In this document: positions 9,678 to 19,134 of the stretch, one piece after another | Position numbering within the stretch: the first letter of the stretch is position 1 | Layout of the letters: each line of letters opens with the position of its first letter | Program-made: the position numbers and the translations under genes | From: Clostridia bacterium | Lineage (GTDB): Bacteria > Bacillota > Clostridia > Oscillospirales > CAG-272 | Length of the DNA stretch: 64,000 bases | Assembly: GCA_017463485.1 (NCBI GenBank) | Contig: JAFTPD010000002.1 | Span: 321,870-385,869 of the forward strand | Reading direction: 5' to 3' | The notes under the pieces: model-generated | What the model saw: the letters and a program-made list of their open reading frames with translations, nothing else | What the model was told of the DNA's origin: nothing | Databases searched by the model: none

Positions 9678-10412
9678 TTATCTGTCACAGTTTTCCCAGT
9701 TGTGATAAACGTCGAGAACATCGTCGTCCTCCTCCAGCTTATCCAGCAGAAGTCCCATAAACTTGCATTCCTCCTCACCGTCAATGGTGGTGTAGGTGGA
9801 CGGGATCATTGTAACCTCGGCGGAGGCTACGTTATAGCCAAGTCCCTTAAGGGTATCTGCAACGGCATAAACGTCTGAGGGATCGGTGGTGATTTCAAAG
9901 ATACCGTCGTCTGCGGAGAAGTCCTCAGCGCCTGCTTCAAGAGCCTGCTCCATCAACTTGTCCTCCTCGTACTCGCCGTCCTCGTCCTGAATAACGACAA
10001 CGCCCTTGTCTGTAAACATAAAGCTTACCGAGCCGCTCTGTCCCATGTTGCCGTGGAACTTTGAGAAGTAGGAGCGGACGTTACCAGCGGTACGGTTGCG
10101 GTTATCGGTAGTTGCCTTAACGATAATTGCAACACCTGCAGGACCGTAGCCCTCGTAGGTGATCTCCTCGTAATTTTCGCCCGTATTTCCCTGCGCCTTT
10201 TTGATGGTGCGCTCGATATTATCGTTAGGCACGTTGTTAGCCTTTGCCTTCTGGATAAGGTCGCGGAGCTTGGAGTTGGAAGCGGGATCGGGACCGCCCT
10301 CCTTTACTGCAACCATAAGCTCCTTACCGATTTTTGTGAAGACCTTGGCTCTCTGGGAGTCGGTCTTTTCCTTCTTGTGCTTGATATTAGCCCATTTGCT
10401 ATGTCCTGACAT
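9678..10412 (-). CDS. yebC: YebC/PmpR family DNA-binding transcriptional regulator
   Basis: The canonical N-terminus MSGHSKWANIKHKK starts at the ATG at 10412. The longer ORF to 10469 would overlap the argS 3' end. Confidence 0.9.
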   Translation of the reverse strand: MSGHSKWANIKHKKEKTDSQRAKVFTKIGKELMVAVKEGGPDPASNSKLRDLIQKAKANNVPNDNIERTIKKAQGNTGENYEEITYEGYGPAGVAIIVKATTDNRNRTAGNVRSYFSKFHGNMGQSGSVSFMFTDKGVVVIQDEDGEYEEDKLMEQALEAGAEDFSADDGIFEITTDPSDVYAVADTLKGLGYNVASAEVTMIPSTYTTIDGEEECKFMGLLLDKLEEDDDVLDVYHNWENCDR

Positions 10413-10431
10413 ATCTATTTCCCCTTTTGAA

Positions 10432-12165
10432 TTATATTTTTTCGGTTTTGCGCAGGCAGATAAGTCCAAACGCGCTACCCAGCACGTGCTTTACTGCCTC
10501 GGTGAGCTTGAGTCTTGAAGCACGAAGCTCGGGAGTATCCGCATTGTTTATCGGGCACTCGTGATAGAAGCGGTTGAATGCCGTTGCGATATCAAGAATG
10601 TAGCGAGTGATGACGGAAGGCTCGTAGTCGCGGATAGCCACTCTGACCTTCTCCTCAAACTGCGAAAGCGTTACGGCAAGAGCCTTTTCCTCGGGGGTTG
10701 TTATAGTAACGTCACCCGCAGGTATGTCGCCTGCCTTTTCAAGAATGGAGCAAGCGCGCGCGTAGGTATACTGAACGTACGGGCCCGTATTTCCGTCAAA
10801 GGAGAGCGCCTCCTCCATATTGAAGTTGATATCCTTGATACGGTTATTGGAAAGATAATAGAACACGATCGCTCCGACGCCCACAGCCTCGGCAATATCG
10901 TATCTGCCCTTGAGCGCGGGGTTCTTTTCCTCCATTATCTCCGAAACCTTCTCGATTGCTGCGGCAAAGAGATCCTTGAGAAGCACCACGTTACCCGTTC
11001 TTGTCGCAAGCTTTGCGCCGTTGACGCTGACAGTACCGTAAGGCACGTGAACAAGCTGATCTGCCCACTCGTAGCCCATAAGATCAACCACCTTGAACCA
11101 CTGCTGGAAGTGAAGTATCTGCTGTCCGCTCGTGACGTAGATAGCCTTATCAAAGCCGTATTCCGCTTTTCTGTATACAGCCGCCGCGATATCTCTTGTA
11201 GGATAAAGGGTTGAGCCATCGCGCTTGAGAATAAGGCAAGGCGGCATTCCGTACTCTTCAAGATCAACGATGGATGCGCCGTCGTCAATTTTAAGCAATT
11301 CCTTATCCCTCAATATCTGCACCTGCGCGGGCATTTTGTCGGTATAGAAGGACTCGCCCTTATAGCTGTCAAATGTGATATCAAGCTGTTTGTAGGTCTT
11401 TTCGTATTCTTCAAGACTTATCTTGACAAACCAACGCCAAAGCTCAAGGTTTTCCTCGTCGCCGATCTCCATTTTGTGGAACTCGGCTCTTGCCTTCTCT
11501 GCAAGCTCGGGATCGGGAGCGATTCCCTGCTCCTCGTTACCGCTGATCGCGTTGTTTATGCGGACGTAAAGGCTGACAAGCTCGTCAATTCCGCCCTTTT
11601 CGATAAGCTCCTTATTACCCCACATACGGTAAGCCAATACCAGCTTCCCGAACTGTGTTCCCCAGTCGCCGAGGTAGTTGATACCCACGCACTTATAGCC
11701 TGCAAATTCATGCAGCTTTTTGAGCGAGTGACCGATAACCGTCGTTCCGAGGTGTCCGATATGGAAAGGCTTTGCAACGTTGGGCGAAGAATAGTCAAGC
11801 ACGACTGTCTTCCCTTTGCCGAAGTCGGGCGCGCCGTAGTTTTCCTTTTTGTCAAGTATCTCGGGGATCACTGCGGATGCGAGATAATCCTTTGAGATAT
11901 AAATATTAAGATAACCGTTGACTGCCTGCGCCGAGTCAATGCAATCCGCGCTCATTTCGGGCACGAGGGTCTGCGCGATCTGCACGGGAGAGCGACGGAG
12001 CGTTTTGGAAAGCTTGAAGCAAGGGAGAGCGAGGTCGCCCATGCTGCTATCGGGGGGATATTCCAACATTCCCACAAGCTCGTCGGCTGTGATCTGACAT
12101 TCGGCGGAAATATTTTTTATTCCGCACAAAAGCTTATCGGCAATCAAGGATTTGATTTTCAGCAT
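10432..12165 (-). CDS. argS: Arginine--tRNA ligase
   Basis: The 577-aa product has a class I HIGH motif (PFHIGHLG) and the C-terminal anticodon-binding DALR region. Confidence 0.9.
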   Translation of the reverse strand: MLKIKSLIADKLLCGIKNISAECQITADELVGMLEYPPDSSMGDLALPCFKLSKTLRRSPVQIAQTLVPEMSADCIDSAQAVNGYLNIYISKDYLASAVIPEILDKKENYGAPDFGKGKTVVLDYSSPNVAKPFHIGHLGTTVIGHSLKKLHEFAGYKCVGINYLGDWGTQFGKLVLAYRMWGNKELIEKGGIDELVSLYVRINNAISGNEEQGIAPDPELAEKARAEFHKMEIGDEENLELWRWFVKISLEEYEKTYKQLDITFDSYKGESFYTDKMPAQVQILRDKELLKIDDGASIVDLEEYGMPPCLILKRDGSTLYPTRDIAAAVYRKAEYGFDKAIYVTSGQQILHFQQWFKVVDLMGYEWADQLVHVPYGTVSVNGAKLATRTGNVVLLKDLFAAAIEKVSEIMEEKNPALKGRYDIAEAVGVGAIVFYYLSNNRIKDINFNMEEALSFDGNTGPYVQYTYARACSILEKAGDIPAGDVTITTPEEKALAVTLSQFEEKVRVAIRDYEPSVITRYILDIATAFNRFYHECPINNADTPELRASRLKLTEAVKHVLGSAFGLICLRKTEKI

Positions 12166-12217
12166 TTGTCTTTATTCCTTTCAAACTTATATTGCACACA
12201 ATGTTATATTTTAGCAC

Positions 12218-12246
12218 ATCTTGGCGAGAATTTCAACAGTTTTTTG
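12218..12246 (-). promoter_or_regulatory. Sigma-A-type promoter for argS
   Basis: The minus strand reads TTGAAA, 17 nt, TAAAAT, with a TGc extended -10. Confidence 0.55.
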
Positions 12247-12287
12247 AAATTTCAGCCGTTTGTCAGCGAAATTATTTTCGCATTCGC

Positions 12288-13991
12288 TTATCTTTGAGAA
12301 ATAAGCTCTCGGGCGGCGGCGCGCTGTGCGTCTGTCACGTCAAGTCCGCCAAGAATTCGCGCTATCTCCTCTACCCTCTCATCCTCCGAAAGTCGGCGCA
12401 CGGAGGTATGGGCGCGTCCGTCCTCCTCACGCTTTTCGATAAGATAATGCGCGTCGGCAAGAGAGGCGATCTGTGCGGAATGGGTTACGCATATAACCTG
12501 CGAGATATCCTTGTTCTGCATGGAAATATCGCGAAGCTTAATACCGACCTTGCGCGACGTGCGACCTGAAATTCCCGTATCAACCTCGTCGTAAATAGAG
12601 GCGTACATACCGTACTTATCGTTAAGCACACTTCGCAATGCCAGCATTATTCGGGAAAGCTCACCGCCCGACGCTATTTTAGTCATGGGTGCGGGAGGCT
12701 CGCCGGGGTTGGCGGAAACAAGAAATTCCACGTCATCCACGCCGTCGGCGTTAAATCTGCCCGTCGGCTTTACGGAAATTTCAAATCTTACCTTGGGCAT
12801 ATCAAGAAAGGTCAGCGACTCGCGTATTTTCTCTGCAAGCTCAACTGCCGCACTGCGACGGCGAGCCGTAAGCTTACCGCCTACCACACCAAGCTCTGCT
12901 TCTGCCCTCTTGATATTTTTCGTGTATTCAGCTATCCGCTCGTCGGCAGAATCAATCTCGTCAAGTCGCTGTGCCGCCCGCTCGCGGAAGGCAAGTATCT
13001 CGGCAATATCTGCGCCGTACTTGCGGCTGAGGCGGTTGATAGTATCAAGACGTCCCTCAATCTTATCGATAATTGCCGTGGAATCGGCAGACACATCAAA
13101 ATCGTCGTCCCCCACGAAGGATATTATGGTTTCGGATATATCGATAAGCTCATATTTCAGCTGTGTCAGCCGCTCGATAACGCTTTCACATTCTGGAATA
13201 ACGTCAAGCTCGGCAAGCTGTTCCACAGCAGAGGTCGCCCGCTCTACAAGCTCCTTGGCATTGATCTTGTCGCTATCGGTGAGAGCCTTTGTCGCTATCC
13301 TGACACCTTTATTTATCTTCTCTTGATGTAATAGGCGATCTCTTTGCGCTGTAAGCTTTTCCTCCTCGCCGACCTTTAAGCGCGCGCTGTCGATATCGTT
13401 TATCTGATATTCCAGCATTTCGCGCAAACGAAGCCGCTCGGATTCATCCTGCATAAGACCGTTTAGCTTTTCCTCGGCAGATCTCCACTGCGAATACAGC
13501 TCTCCGTACTCGGAAAGCAGATCGTCACAATCGGCATACGCATCAAGCGATTTCAGATGCCACGCCTTTTGCATTATCTCTCTGTTGTCGTTCTGTCCGT
13601 GGATATTTACAAGCAGACCGCCCACCTCGCGCAAAAGCGAGATCGTAACAGTCCTGCCGTTTATTCTTGCCGTGGAGCGACCGTCGGACGTAACTCGGCG
13701 TTCAAGCATTATCTCGCCGCCGTCTTCATCACAAACAGTAATACCAAGCTCGCGTAATCCTTCACTCGCCACGTCGCCCACATTGCAAAATACGGCGCTG
13801 ACGAGAGCGTAATTTTCCCCTGCGCGAACAAGCTCCTTTGAAAAGCGTCCGCCCAGCAAAAGATCAATGCTATCAACGAGAATGGATTTTCCCGCGCCTG
13901 TTTCGCCCGTCAGCACGCAAAAGCCGCTCGTAAGGTCAATGTCTGCGGACTTGATGGTCGCAATATTTTCAACGTGCAGTGAGGATATCAT
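12288..13991 (-). CDS. recN: DNA repair protein RecN
   Basis: The Walker A is GETGAGKSILVDSI. A long coiled-coil middle region and a C-terminal signature (GGELSRIMLAL) are present. Confidence 0.9.
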   Translation of the reverse strand: MISSLHVENIATIKSADIDLTSGFCVLTGETGAGKSILVDSIDLLLGGRFSKELVRAGENYALVSAVFCNVGDVASEGLRELGITVCDEDGGEIMLERRVTSDGRSTARINGRTVTISLLREVGGLLVNIHGQNDNREIMQKAWHLKSLDAYADCDDLLSEYGELYSQWRSAEEKLNGLMQDESERLRLREMLEYQINDIDSARLKVGEEEKLTAQRDRLLHQEKINKGVRIATKALTDSDKINAKELVERATSAVEQLAELDVIPECESVIERLTQLKYELIDISETIISFVGDDDFDVSADSTAIIDKIEGRLDTINRLSRKYGADIAEILAFRERAAQRLDEIDSADERIAEYTKNIKRAEAELGVVGGKLTARRRSAAVELAEKIRESLTFLDMPKVRFEISVKPTGRFNADGVDDVEFLVSANPGEPPAPMTKIASGGELSRIMLALRSVLNDKYGMYASIYDEVDTGISGRTSRKVGIKLRDISMQNKDISQVICVTHSAQIASLADAHYLIEKREEDGRAHTSVRRLSEDERVEEIARILGGLDVTDAQRAAARELISQR

Positions 13992-14461
13992 AATCCGTCA
14001 CCGCTCTTTGCGCGAACTCGGATAAGCTCTTTAAGCTGATTGCTTATGGCCGCCGCGCTGTCGTTGTCCCTTGCTACGGCGATAATGGTATCGTCACCTG
14101 CTACGCAACCGAGAAGCTGGGAAAGTCCGAGCCTGTCCACCTCAATAGCTACCGCCTGCGCCATACCAGCAAATGTATGCAGCACGACAATATTTTGAGA
14201 ATAATCCACTCGGATTATAGCCTCTGCCAAGGCACTGCTGATATGCAGCTGCTCGTCGCGCATTGATTTGGGGAGCATATATCTGTACGTGCCGTACTCC
14301 GAATTTCCCTTGATCAGCTTCAATTCTCTGATATCGCGGGACACGGTTGCCTGCGTTACGTCAAAGCCCTCGGCACGCAGATATTCAAGCAGCTCGTCCT
14401 GTGTTTCAACGTCATGCTCGGTTATTATATCAACTATCTTTGCAAGACGGTTCTTTCTCAT
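13988..14461 (-). CDS. argR: Arginine repressor ArgR/AhrC
   Basis: The winged-helix N-terminus is TQDELLEYLRAEGFDVTQATVSRDIRELKLIK. The C-terminal oligomerisation motif is GCVAGDDTI. The gene overlaps the recN start by 4 nt. Confidence 0.9.
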   Translation of the reverse strand: MRKNRLAKIVDIITEHDVETQDELLEYLRAEGFDVTQATVSRDIRELKLIKGNSEYGTYRYMLPKSMRDEQLHISSALAEAIIRVDYSQNIVVLHTFAGMAQAVAIEVDRLGLSQLLGCVAGDDTIIAVARDNDSAAAISNQLKELIRVRAKSGDGL

Positions 14462-14479
14462 TTTCCTTACCTCTTCTGA

Positions 14480-15379
14480 TTACTTTGCAGACATTTTAAG
14501 TCTGAGCCTGCGGTAAAATCCGCAGTCCTTTATGCGGATAAGATTGGTTACCTCCTCCGCGCGGCTGATCTGCACCGTTTCTCCTTTATACAGCTCGCAA
14601 TTTATTCTGCCGTCAACCGTAAGATACAGCATCTTTTCGCGGGTGCTGATGTTTTTTACGCAAAGCCGCGCGCTATCGGGAAAGATCATGGGGCGGGATG
14701 ACAGCGAATGGGGGGAGATGGGTGTTACGCAAAAGCAGCTTACACGCGGATCTGCAATAGGTCCACCTGCGGAAAGCGAATATGCAGTTGATCCCGTGGG
14801 AGTTGCAACGATAAGTCCGTCTGCGTGATACGAGGTAACGGGGATATCTCCCTCCGACAGCTCGATATCCACTATACGCGCGATAGCACCGTTGGTAATT
14901 ACCGCGTCATTGAGTCCGAGCGCTTCAAATCTCACGTTGCCCTGCGTATTAAGAAGCTTTATGTTCAGCATTGAACGCTCCTCGATATGGTAGCCTTCCC
15001 CGCCAAACAATCCGTCAAGCAGATCAAGCTCACTCATTTCAAGCTCTGCCATATAACCCATACGTCCGAGGTTAATACCGAGAATGGGCGTTTTTCGGGC
15101 AGAGGCGCGTCTTGCAGATTCAAGTATACTTCCGTCACCGCCAAGCACTACCAAGAGATCTGCCTCGGCGTACAGCTCATCCATCTGCAAAAAATTAAAT
15201 CTCACCTTGCCGCGATTCATGCGAAGCACCTTATCGCGGTTTATTGACGGCACTATAAGCTCAGCGCCAAGCTCCGAGAGCTTCTGCGCCACTGTCATTG
15301 CCGCGTTTGCCTTATCGTAAATATTATAATTCGTGATAAGACCGATTTTCTTGAAGGGGATATTGTTATTTCTGCTCAT
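14480..15379 (-). CDS. nadK: NAD(+) kinase
   Basis: The motifs LGGDGSIL and a TPTGSTAYSLSAGGPI signature are present. The ATG at 15379 is 8 nt from an AAGGAGGG. Confidence 0.9.
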   Translation of the reverse strand: MSRNNNIPFKKIGLITNYNIYDKANAAMTVAQKLSELGAELIVPSINRDKVLRMNRGKVRFNFLQMDELYAEADLLVVLGGDGSILESARRASARKTPILGINLGRMGYMAELEMSELDLLDGLFGGEGYHIEERSMLNIKLLNTQGNVRFEALGLNDAVITNGAIARIVDIELSEGDIPVTSYHADGLIVATPTGSTAYSLSAGGPIADPRVSCFCVTPISPHSLSSRPMIFPDSARLCVKNISTREKMLYLTVDGRINCELYKGETVQISRAEEVTNLIRIKDCGFYRRLRLKMSAK

Positions 15380-16148
15380 TTGCATTTCCCTCCTTTACGA
15401 AGTAGCCTATATATTCGTGATTTCCGTCGCCGCCCATAATTGGTGAATCAATTATGCCAACAGTGCGAAATCCATAGCTTTCAATTACTTTTTTGACGCT
15501 TTCCACGGCGTTTTTCCGATCCTTCGGGCTCTTGACTATCCCGCCCTTGCCGACAGCGCGTCTGCCCACCTCAAACTGCGGCTTGATAAGGCTTATCAGC
15601 TCGCCGCCGTCCTTTATCATAAAGCTGAGCGCGGGAATTATGACCGTTTGTGATATAAAGGAAACGTCCATTACCGCAATATCAACCCGACCGTCAAAGC
15701 CATCAATACTGTCGCCGTGAGGGATAAGACTTGACGGAGTCAGCGTGCGTGCATTTGTTTTTTCAAGAGATATGACACGGCTGTCAGAGAGCAGATCCGC
15801 GTGAAGCTGTCCGACTCCCGAATCCACGGCAAACACTGCCATAGCACCTCTTTTGAGAAGACAATCGGTAAAGCCGCCCGTGGATGCGCCGACGTCAAGC
15901 GCGATCTTGCCGTCAGCCGACAGACCGAAATAGTCCAAAGCCGCTTCCAGCTTGAGTCCGCCGCGGCTGACGTATCGCATCTCGTCTATTTCGGATATTT
16001 CAACGGTATGCTCACCGTCACTTATCTCCTCCGAGGGCTTGTTTATCCTCCTGCCGTCAATACTGACAGCACCCGACTCTATCAGCTTTTGCGCCATTGT
16101 TCGACTTCTCGCAAAGCCGCCCTCGGTAATGTAAACGTCAGCGCGCAT
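15366..16148 (-). CDS. tlyA: TlyA-family rRNA 2'-O-methyltransferase (S4 domain + FtsJ-like MTase)
   Basis: The motifs YVSRGGLKLEAALDYF and LDVGASTGGFTDCLL are present. Confidence 0.85.
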   Translation of the reverse strand: MRADVYITEGGFARSRTMAQKLIESGAVSIDGRRINKPSEEISDGEHTVEISEIDEMRYVSRGGLKLEAALDYFGLSADGKIALDVGASTGGFTDCLLKRGAMAVFAVDSGVGQLHADLLSDSRVISLEKTNARTLTPSSLIPHGDSIDGFDGRVDIAVMDVSFISQTVIIPALSFMIKDGGELISLIKPQFEVGRRAVGKGGIVKSPKDRKNAVESVKKVIESYGFRTVGIIDSPIMGGDGNHEYIGYFVKEGNANEQK

Positions 16149-16151
16149 AGA

Positions 16152-16628
16152 TTACAGTATTCCGAATGCGGGAATAAGCATCATCGCAAAAGGAACAGCC
16201 GCGCCGACTACTCCGCCCACGAACACCTGCAGTGGGGTGTGTCCCACAAGCTCTTTGAGGTTTTTATTGAATTCCTCGGGTCTGTCGGATTTGAACAGAT
16301 CCTGCATAATGCGGTTGAGCACTTTTGCCTGCTCACCCGTTTCCCAGCGCACGCCCGTTGCATCACGCATAACGATAACGCAAAGCAGGAATGATATCGC
16401 AAAATAGGGCGATCCCAAGCCGTATTTGATTGCGCAAGCAACGCAAAGCGCAACGACAGATGCGGAATGCGAGGACGGCATACCGCCGTTGCCGAACAAA
16501 AATTCGATAACGGAAAATCTGCGTTCTCTGAAAATGCCCGTGAACACCTTGAGCACCTGCGCCACAAGCCAAGCGGCACCCGTACAAATAAGCGGATAGT
16601 TGGTTATCAAAGCAGTAAAAGTATACAT
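16152..16628 (-). CDS. Divergent PAP2-family membrane protein (DUF212 / acid-phosphatase-like)
   Basis: The motif GGMPSSHSASVVAL and about 4 TM helices are present. The ATG at 16628 follows an AAAGGAAAG. Confidence 0.7.
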   Translation of the reverse strand: MYTFTALITNYPLICTGAAWLVAQVLKVFTGIFRERRFSVIEFLFGNGGMPSSHSASVVALCVACAIKYGLGSPYFAISFLLCVIVMRDATGVRWETGEQAKVLNRIMQDLFKSDRPEEFNKNLKELVGHTPLQVFVGGVVGAAVPFAMMLIPAFGIL

Positions 16629-16644
16629 AGTCTTTCCTTTCTGA

Positions 16645-17559
16645 TCAATACTTTCTGACGGCAAGGAACTCTGCCAGCACTACAAGGCGCTCATGTTCCC
16701 GATATTTGCGTATATGCTCTACGGCTTCCTCGGTAAGGCGAGCGGCATAGCTCTCGGCTTCTTCTACGCTGTAGAAGCTGAGGAAGGTATTTTTGCACAG
16801 TGCGGCGTCACCGCCAACGGATTTTCCAAGCGTATCGGAGGTTGAGGTTGCATCAAGAACGTCGTCGACTATCTGGAATGCAAGTCCTATGCGCTCAGCA
16901 TATTCAATGGCGTCATGCATTTCGGCACTGTCCTCGCCAAAGCCTGCCGCAAGCACACCAAGCTGTGCGGCGACACGTATAAGCGCGCCCGTCTTATGGG
17001 CGTGAAGAGCGAGAAGCTCGTCAAGCGTAAGCTCATGACTCTCACCGTACTTATCGATCATCTGACCGCGCATGACACCACTCTCCCCTGCCGCCTCCGA
17101 CAGATATTTTACCGCAAGCAATCGGGTATCGGCAGGCAGTGAGCTATTGGAGATCAGCACTTTAAACGCATCAATAGCCATAGCGTCACCCGCAAGCAGG
17201 GCGGTAGCCTCGCCAAATACCTTGTGATTGGTAGGCTTTCCTCGGCGCAGCTCGTCGTTATCAAGTGCGGGCATATCGTCGTGGATAAGAGTGGACGTAT
17301 GCAGCATTTCAACTGCCGCGGCAAGCTCAACTGCGCGACTGATATCCCCGCAGAGCATTCGGCAGAATTCAAGCGTCAGTGAGGGACGGACGCGCTTGCC
17401 CCCCGCCATAAGGCTATATCTTGCAGACGCATCAAGCTGACCGTCACATTTTCCCGCTCCAGTATACAAAGTGTCAAGGTAGCGCTCGACTATTGCCGAG
17501 TCCTCACTAAGTATACTCAAAGCGTATTGTGTATTAATGTTTTTTGTCATTTTCGTCAA
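16645..17559 (-). CDS. ispA: Polyprenyl (farnesyl/geranylgeranyl) diphosphate synthase
   Basis: The FARM motif is LIHDDMPALDNDELRRGKPT and the SARM motif is FQIVDDVLD. Confidence 0.9.
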   Translation of the reverse strand: MTKMTKNINTQYALSILSEDSAIVERYLDTLYTGAGKCDGQLDASARYSLMAGGKRVRPSLTLEFCRMLCGDISRAVELAAAVEMLHTSTLIHDDMPALDNDELRRGKPTNHKVFGEATALLAGDAMAIDAFKVLISNSSLPADTRLLAVKYLSEAAGESGVMRGQMIDKYGESHELTLDELLALHAHKTGALIRVAAQLGVLAAGFGEDSAEMHDAIEYAERIGLAFQIVDDVLDATSTSDTLGKSVGGDAALCKNTFLSFYSVEEAESYAARLTEEAVEHIRKYREHERLVVLAEFLAVRKY

Positions 17560-17831
17560 CCCTCGGACACGTCAAAATCCACGCAGACTATCTCGCCGCT
17601 CTCGTCGCGGCTAAGCTTCTGCACCTTCTGCTCAGCGGCATCAAGCTGGGACAGGCAATTTTTAACGAGTCCCACGCCCTCCTCGTAAAGAGCAAGCATC
17701 TCGTCAAGCGAGACCTTATCTCCCTCCAAGGATTTTACCACCTCTTCAAGTCGGGACACTGCATCCTCAAACTTAATATTCTTTTTGACCGCGGCGCTTT
17801 TTTTCGCCTTAGTCGCAGTATTCTCACTCAT
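17556..17831 (-). CDS. xseB: Exodeoxyribonuclease VII small subunit
   Basis: The 91-aa product contains FEDAVSRLEEVVKSLE...LDEMLALYEEGVGLVKNC. It is translationally coupled by 4-nt overlaps at both ends. Confidence 0.9.
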   Translation of the reverse strand: MSENTATKAKKSAAVKKNIKFEDAVSRLEEVVKSLEGDKVSLDEMLALYEEGVGLVKNCLSQLDAAEQKVQKLSRDESGEIVCVDFDVSEG

Positions 17832-19114
17832 ATCTTTCCCCTTTCCTGTTTATCGGGTAGCACCGACAGCACGCTCGCCTCCAACCGACCGTCGGAGAGG
17901 CGCAAGGTTATCTTATCGTCTTGACGGACACACGACACAGAATCAAGCACACGTCCGTCCTCCCTCTCGGCAATAGCATAGCCGCGTGTCAACACGCCAA
18001 GCGGTGAGAGTGAATGAAGCCGCGCCGCCATGGATTCCAGCAATCTGCGCCGAATGTCCAGCTCCCGTCGGACAGCCGCACCCATAGCTCTGTCCAATCG
18101 GTCAACGGTTATTTTCCACTCGCCGTAAACCGCCGTCGGCGCTTCAAGCGCGCGTGAGGATGCGAGGGACTTGACCTGTCTTTTTTCAAGCTCGATTTTT
18201 CCATTTACACTTGACAGCATGGAATTTTTTATATACAGCAAGCGTTTTCTTAATTCCTCGCTGTCGGGAACGGCAATTTCAGCCGCCGCAGACGGAGTTG
18301 CCGCACGTAGATCGGCTACGAAATCGCATATTGTAAAATCCACCTCGTGTCCAACGGCGGAGATCACGGGAATATCGCAATCGGCTATGGCACGAGCCAA
18401 TTTTTCGTCGTTGAAGGACCAAAGATCCTCCATTGAACCACCGCCGCGACCTATGATTATCACATCAACGCCGCGCGTGGGATCGTCCTTCATAGCGTTA
18501 AAATATTTGACTCCGCCCGTAAGGTACGTCGCCGCCCGCTCACCCTGCACGGGTGCCGGAAAGATCAATATCCTTGCCTGCGGATATCTGCGACGGGAAA
18601 CCTTGATGATATCCCTCACCGCCGCGCCGTCGGGTGAAGTTATAACGCCTACGGTGCGAGGAAATTTCGGTATTGGTTTTTTGCGCGAGATATCGAAAAG
18701 TCCTTCCGCCTCTAAGCGTTTTTTCAGTTGCTCAAAGGCTACGGCAAGGCTGCCTGCGCCGTCAGGCACAAGGTCCTCGGCGTAAAGCTGATACTGTCCG
18801 TCGCGGACGTAGGATGATACCTTGCCGTGAAGCAGTACCTTCATTCCGTCCTCGGGGACGAAATCCAGCTTCTGTGCCGCATAGCGGAACATTACCGCGC
18901 GGATAAGCCCGCCCTCGTCCTTGAGGGAAAAGTAGAGGTGTCCTGTGCGATAGTGGTTGGTGAAATTTGATATCTCCCCTTTTACCCACACGTCGCGCAG
19001 TACCGTGTTTCCGTCCAGGAGCATTTTTATATATTCGTTGACTTGGGTGACGGTGAACGCCGCCTCGCGCGAGGCTTGGCGATCATTGCCGTCCACGCTG
19101 TATCTGACAGCCAT
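17828..19114 (-). CDS. xseA: Exodeoxyribonuclease VII large subunit
   Basis: The OB-fold N-terminus is VWVKGEISNF. The motifs GVITSPDGAAVRDI and IIIGRGGGSMEDLWSFNDE are present. Confidence 0.9.
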   Translation of the reverse strand: MAVRYSVDGNDRQASREAAFTVTQVNEYIKMLLDGNTVLRDVWVKGEISNFTNHYRTGHLYFSLKDEGGLIRAVMFRYAAQKLDFVPEDGMKVLLHGKVSSYVRDGQYQLYAEDLVPDGAGSLAVAFEQLKKRLEAEGLFDISRKKPIPKFPRTVGVITSPDGAAVRDIIKVSRRRYPQARILIFPAPVQGERAATYLTGGVKYFNAMKDDPTRGVDVIIIGRGGGSMEDLWSFNDEKLARAIADCDIPVISAVGHEVDFTICDFVADLRAATPSAAAEIAVPDSEELRKRLLYIKNSMLSSVNGKIELEKRQVKSLASSRALEAPTAVYGEWKITVDRLDRAMGAAVRRELDIRRRLLESMAARLHSLSPLGVLTRGYAIAEREDGRVLDSVSCVRQDDKITLRLSDGRLEASVLSVLPDKQERGKI

Positions 19115-19134
19115 AAATGCTCCTTTCGTTGGTA

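Noticed and set aside
10413-10469. N-terminal ORF extensions in the track: yebC to 10469, rpsB to 31033, ylmC to 31430, the 633-aa protein from 37496, lacZ from 48846, and the lipase to 45994.
   Set aside because: The canonical protein N-termini and well-spaced Shine-Dalgarno sequences occur at internal starts. The extensions overlap neighbouring genes, terminator hairpins or promoters.
12166-12287. Possible T-box leader upstream of argS.
   Set aside because: Only about 120 nt separate recN from argS, and they hold a plain promoter. That is too short for a T-box, and I see no T-box sequence (AATTAGGGTGGTACCGCG-like).
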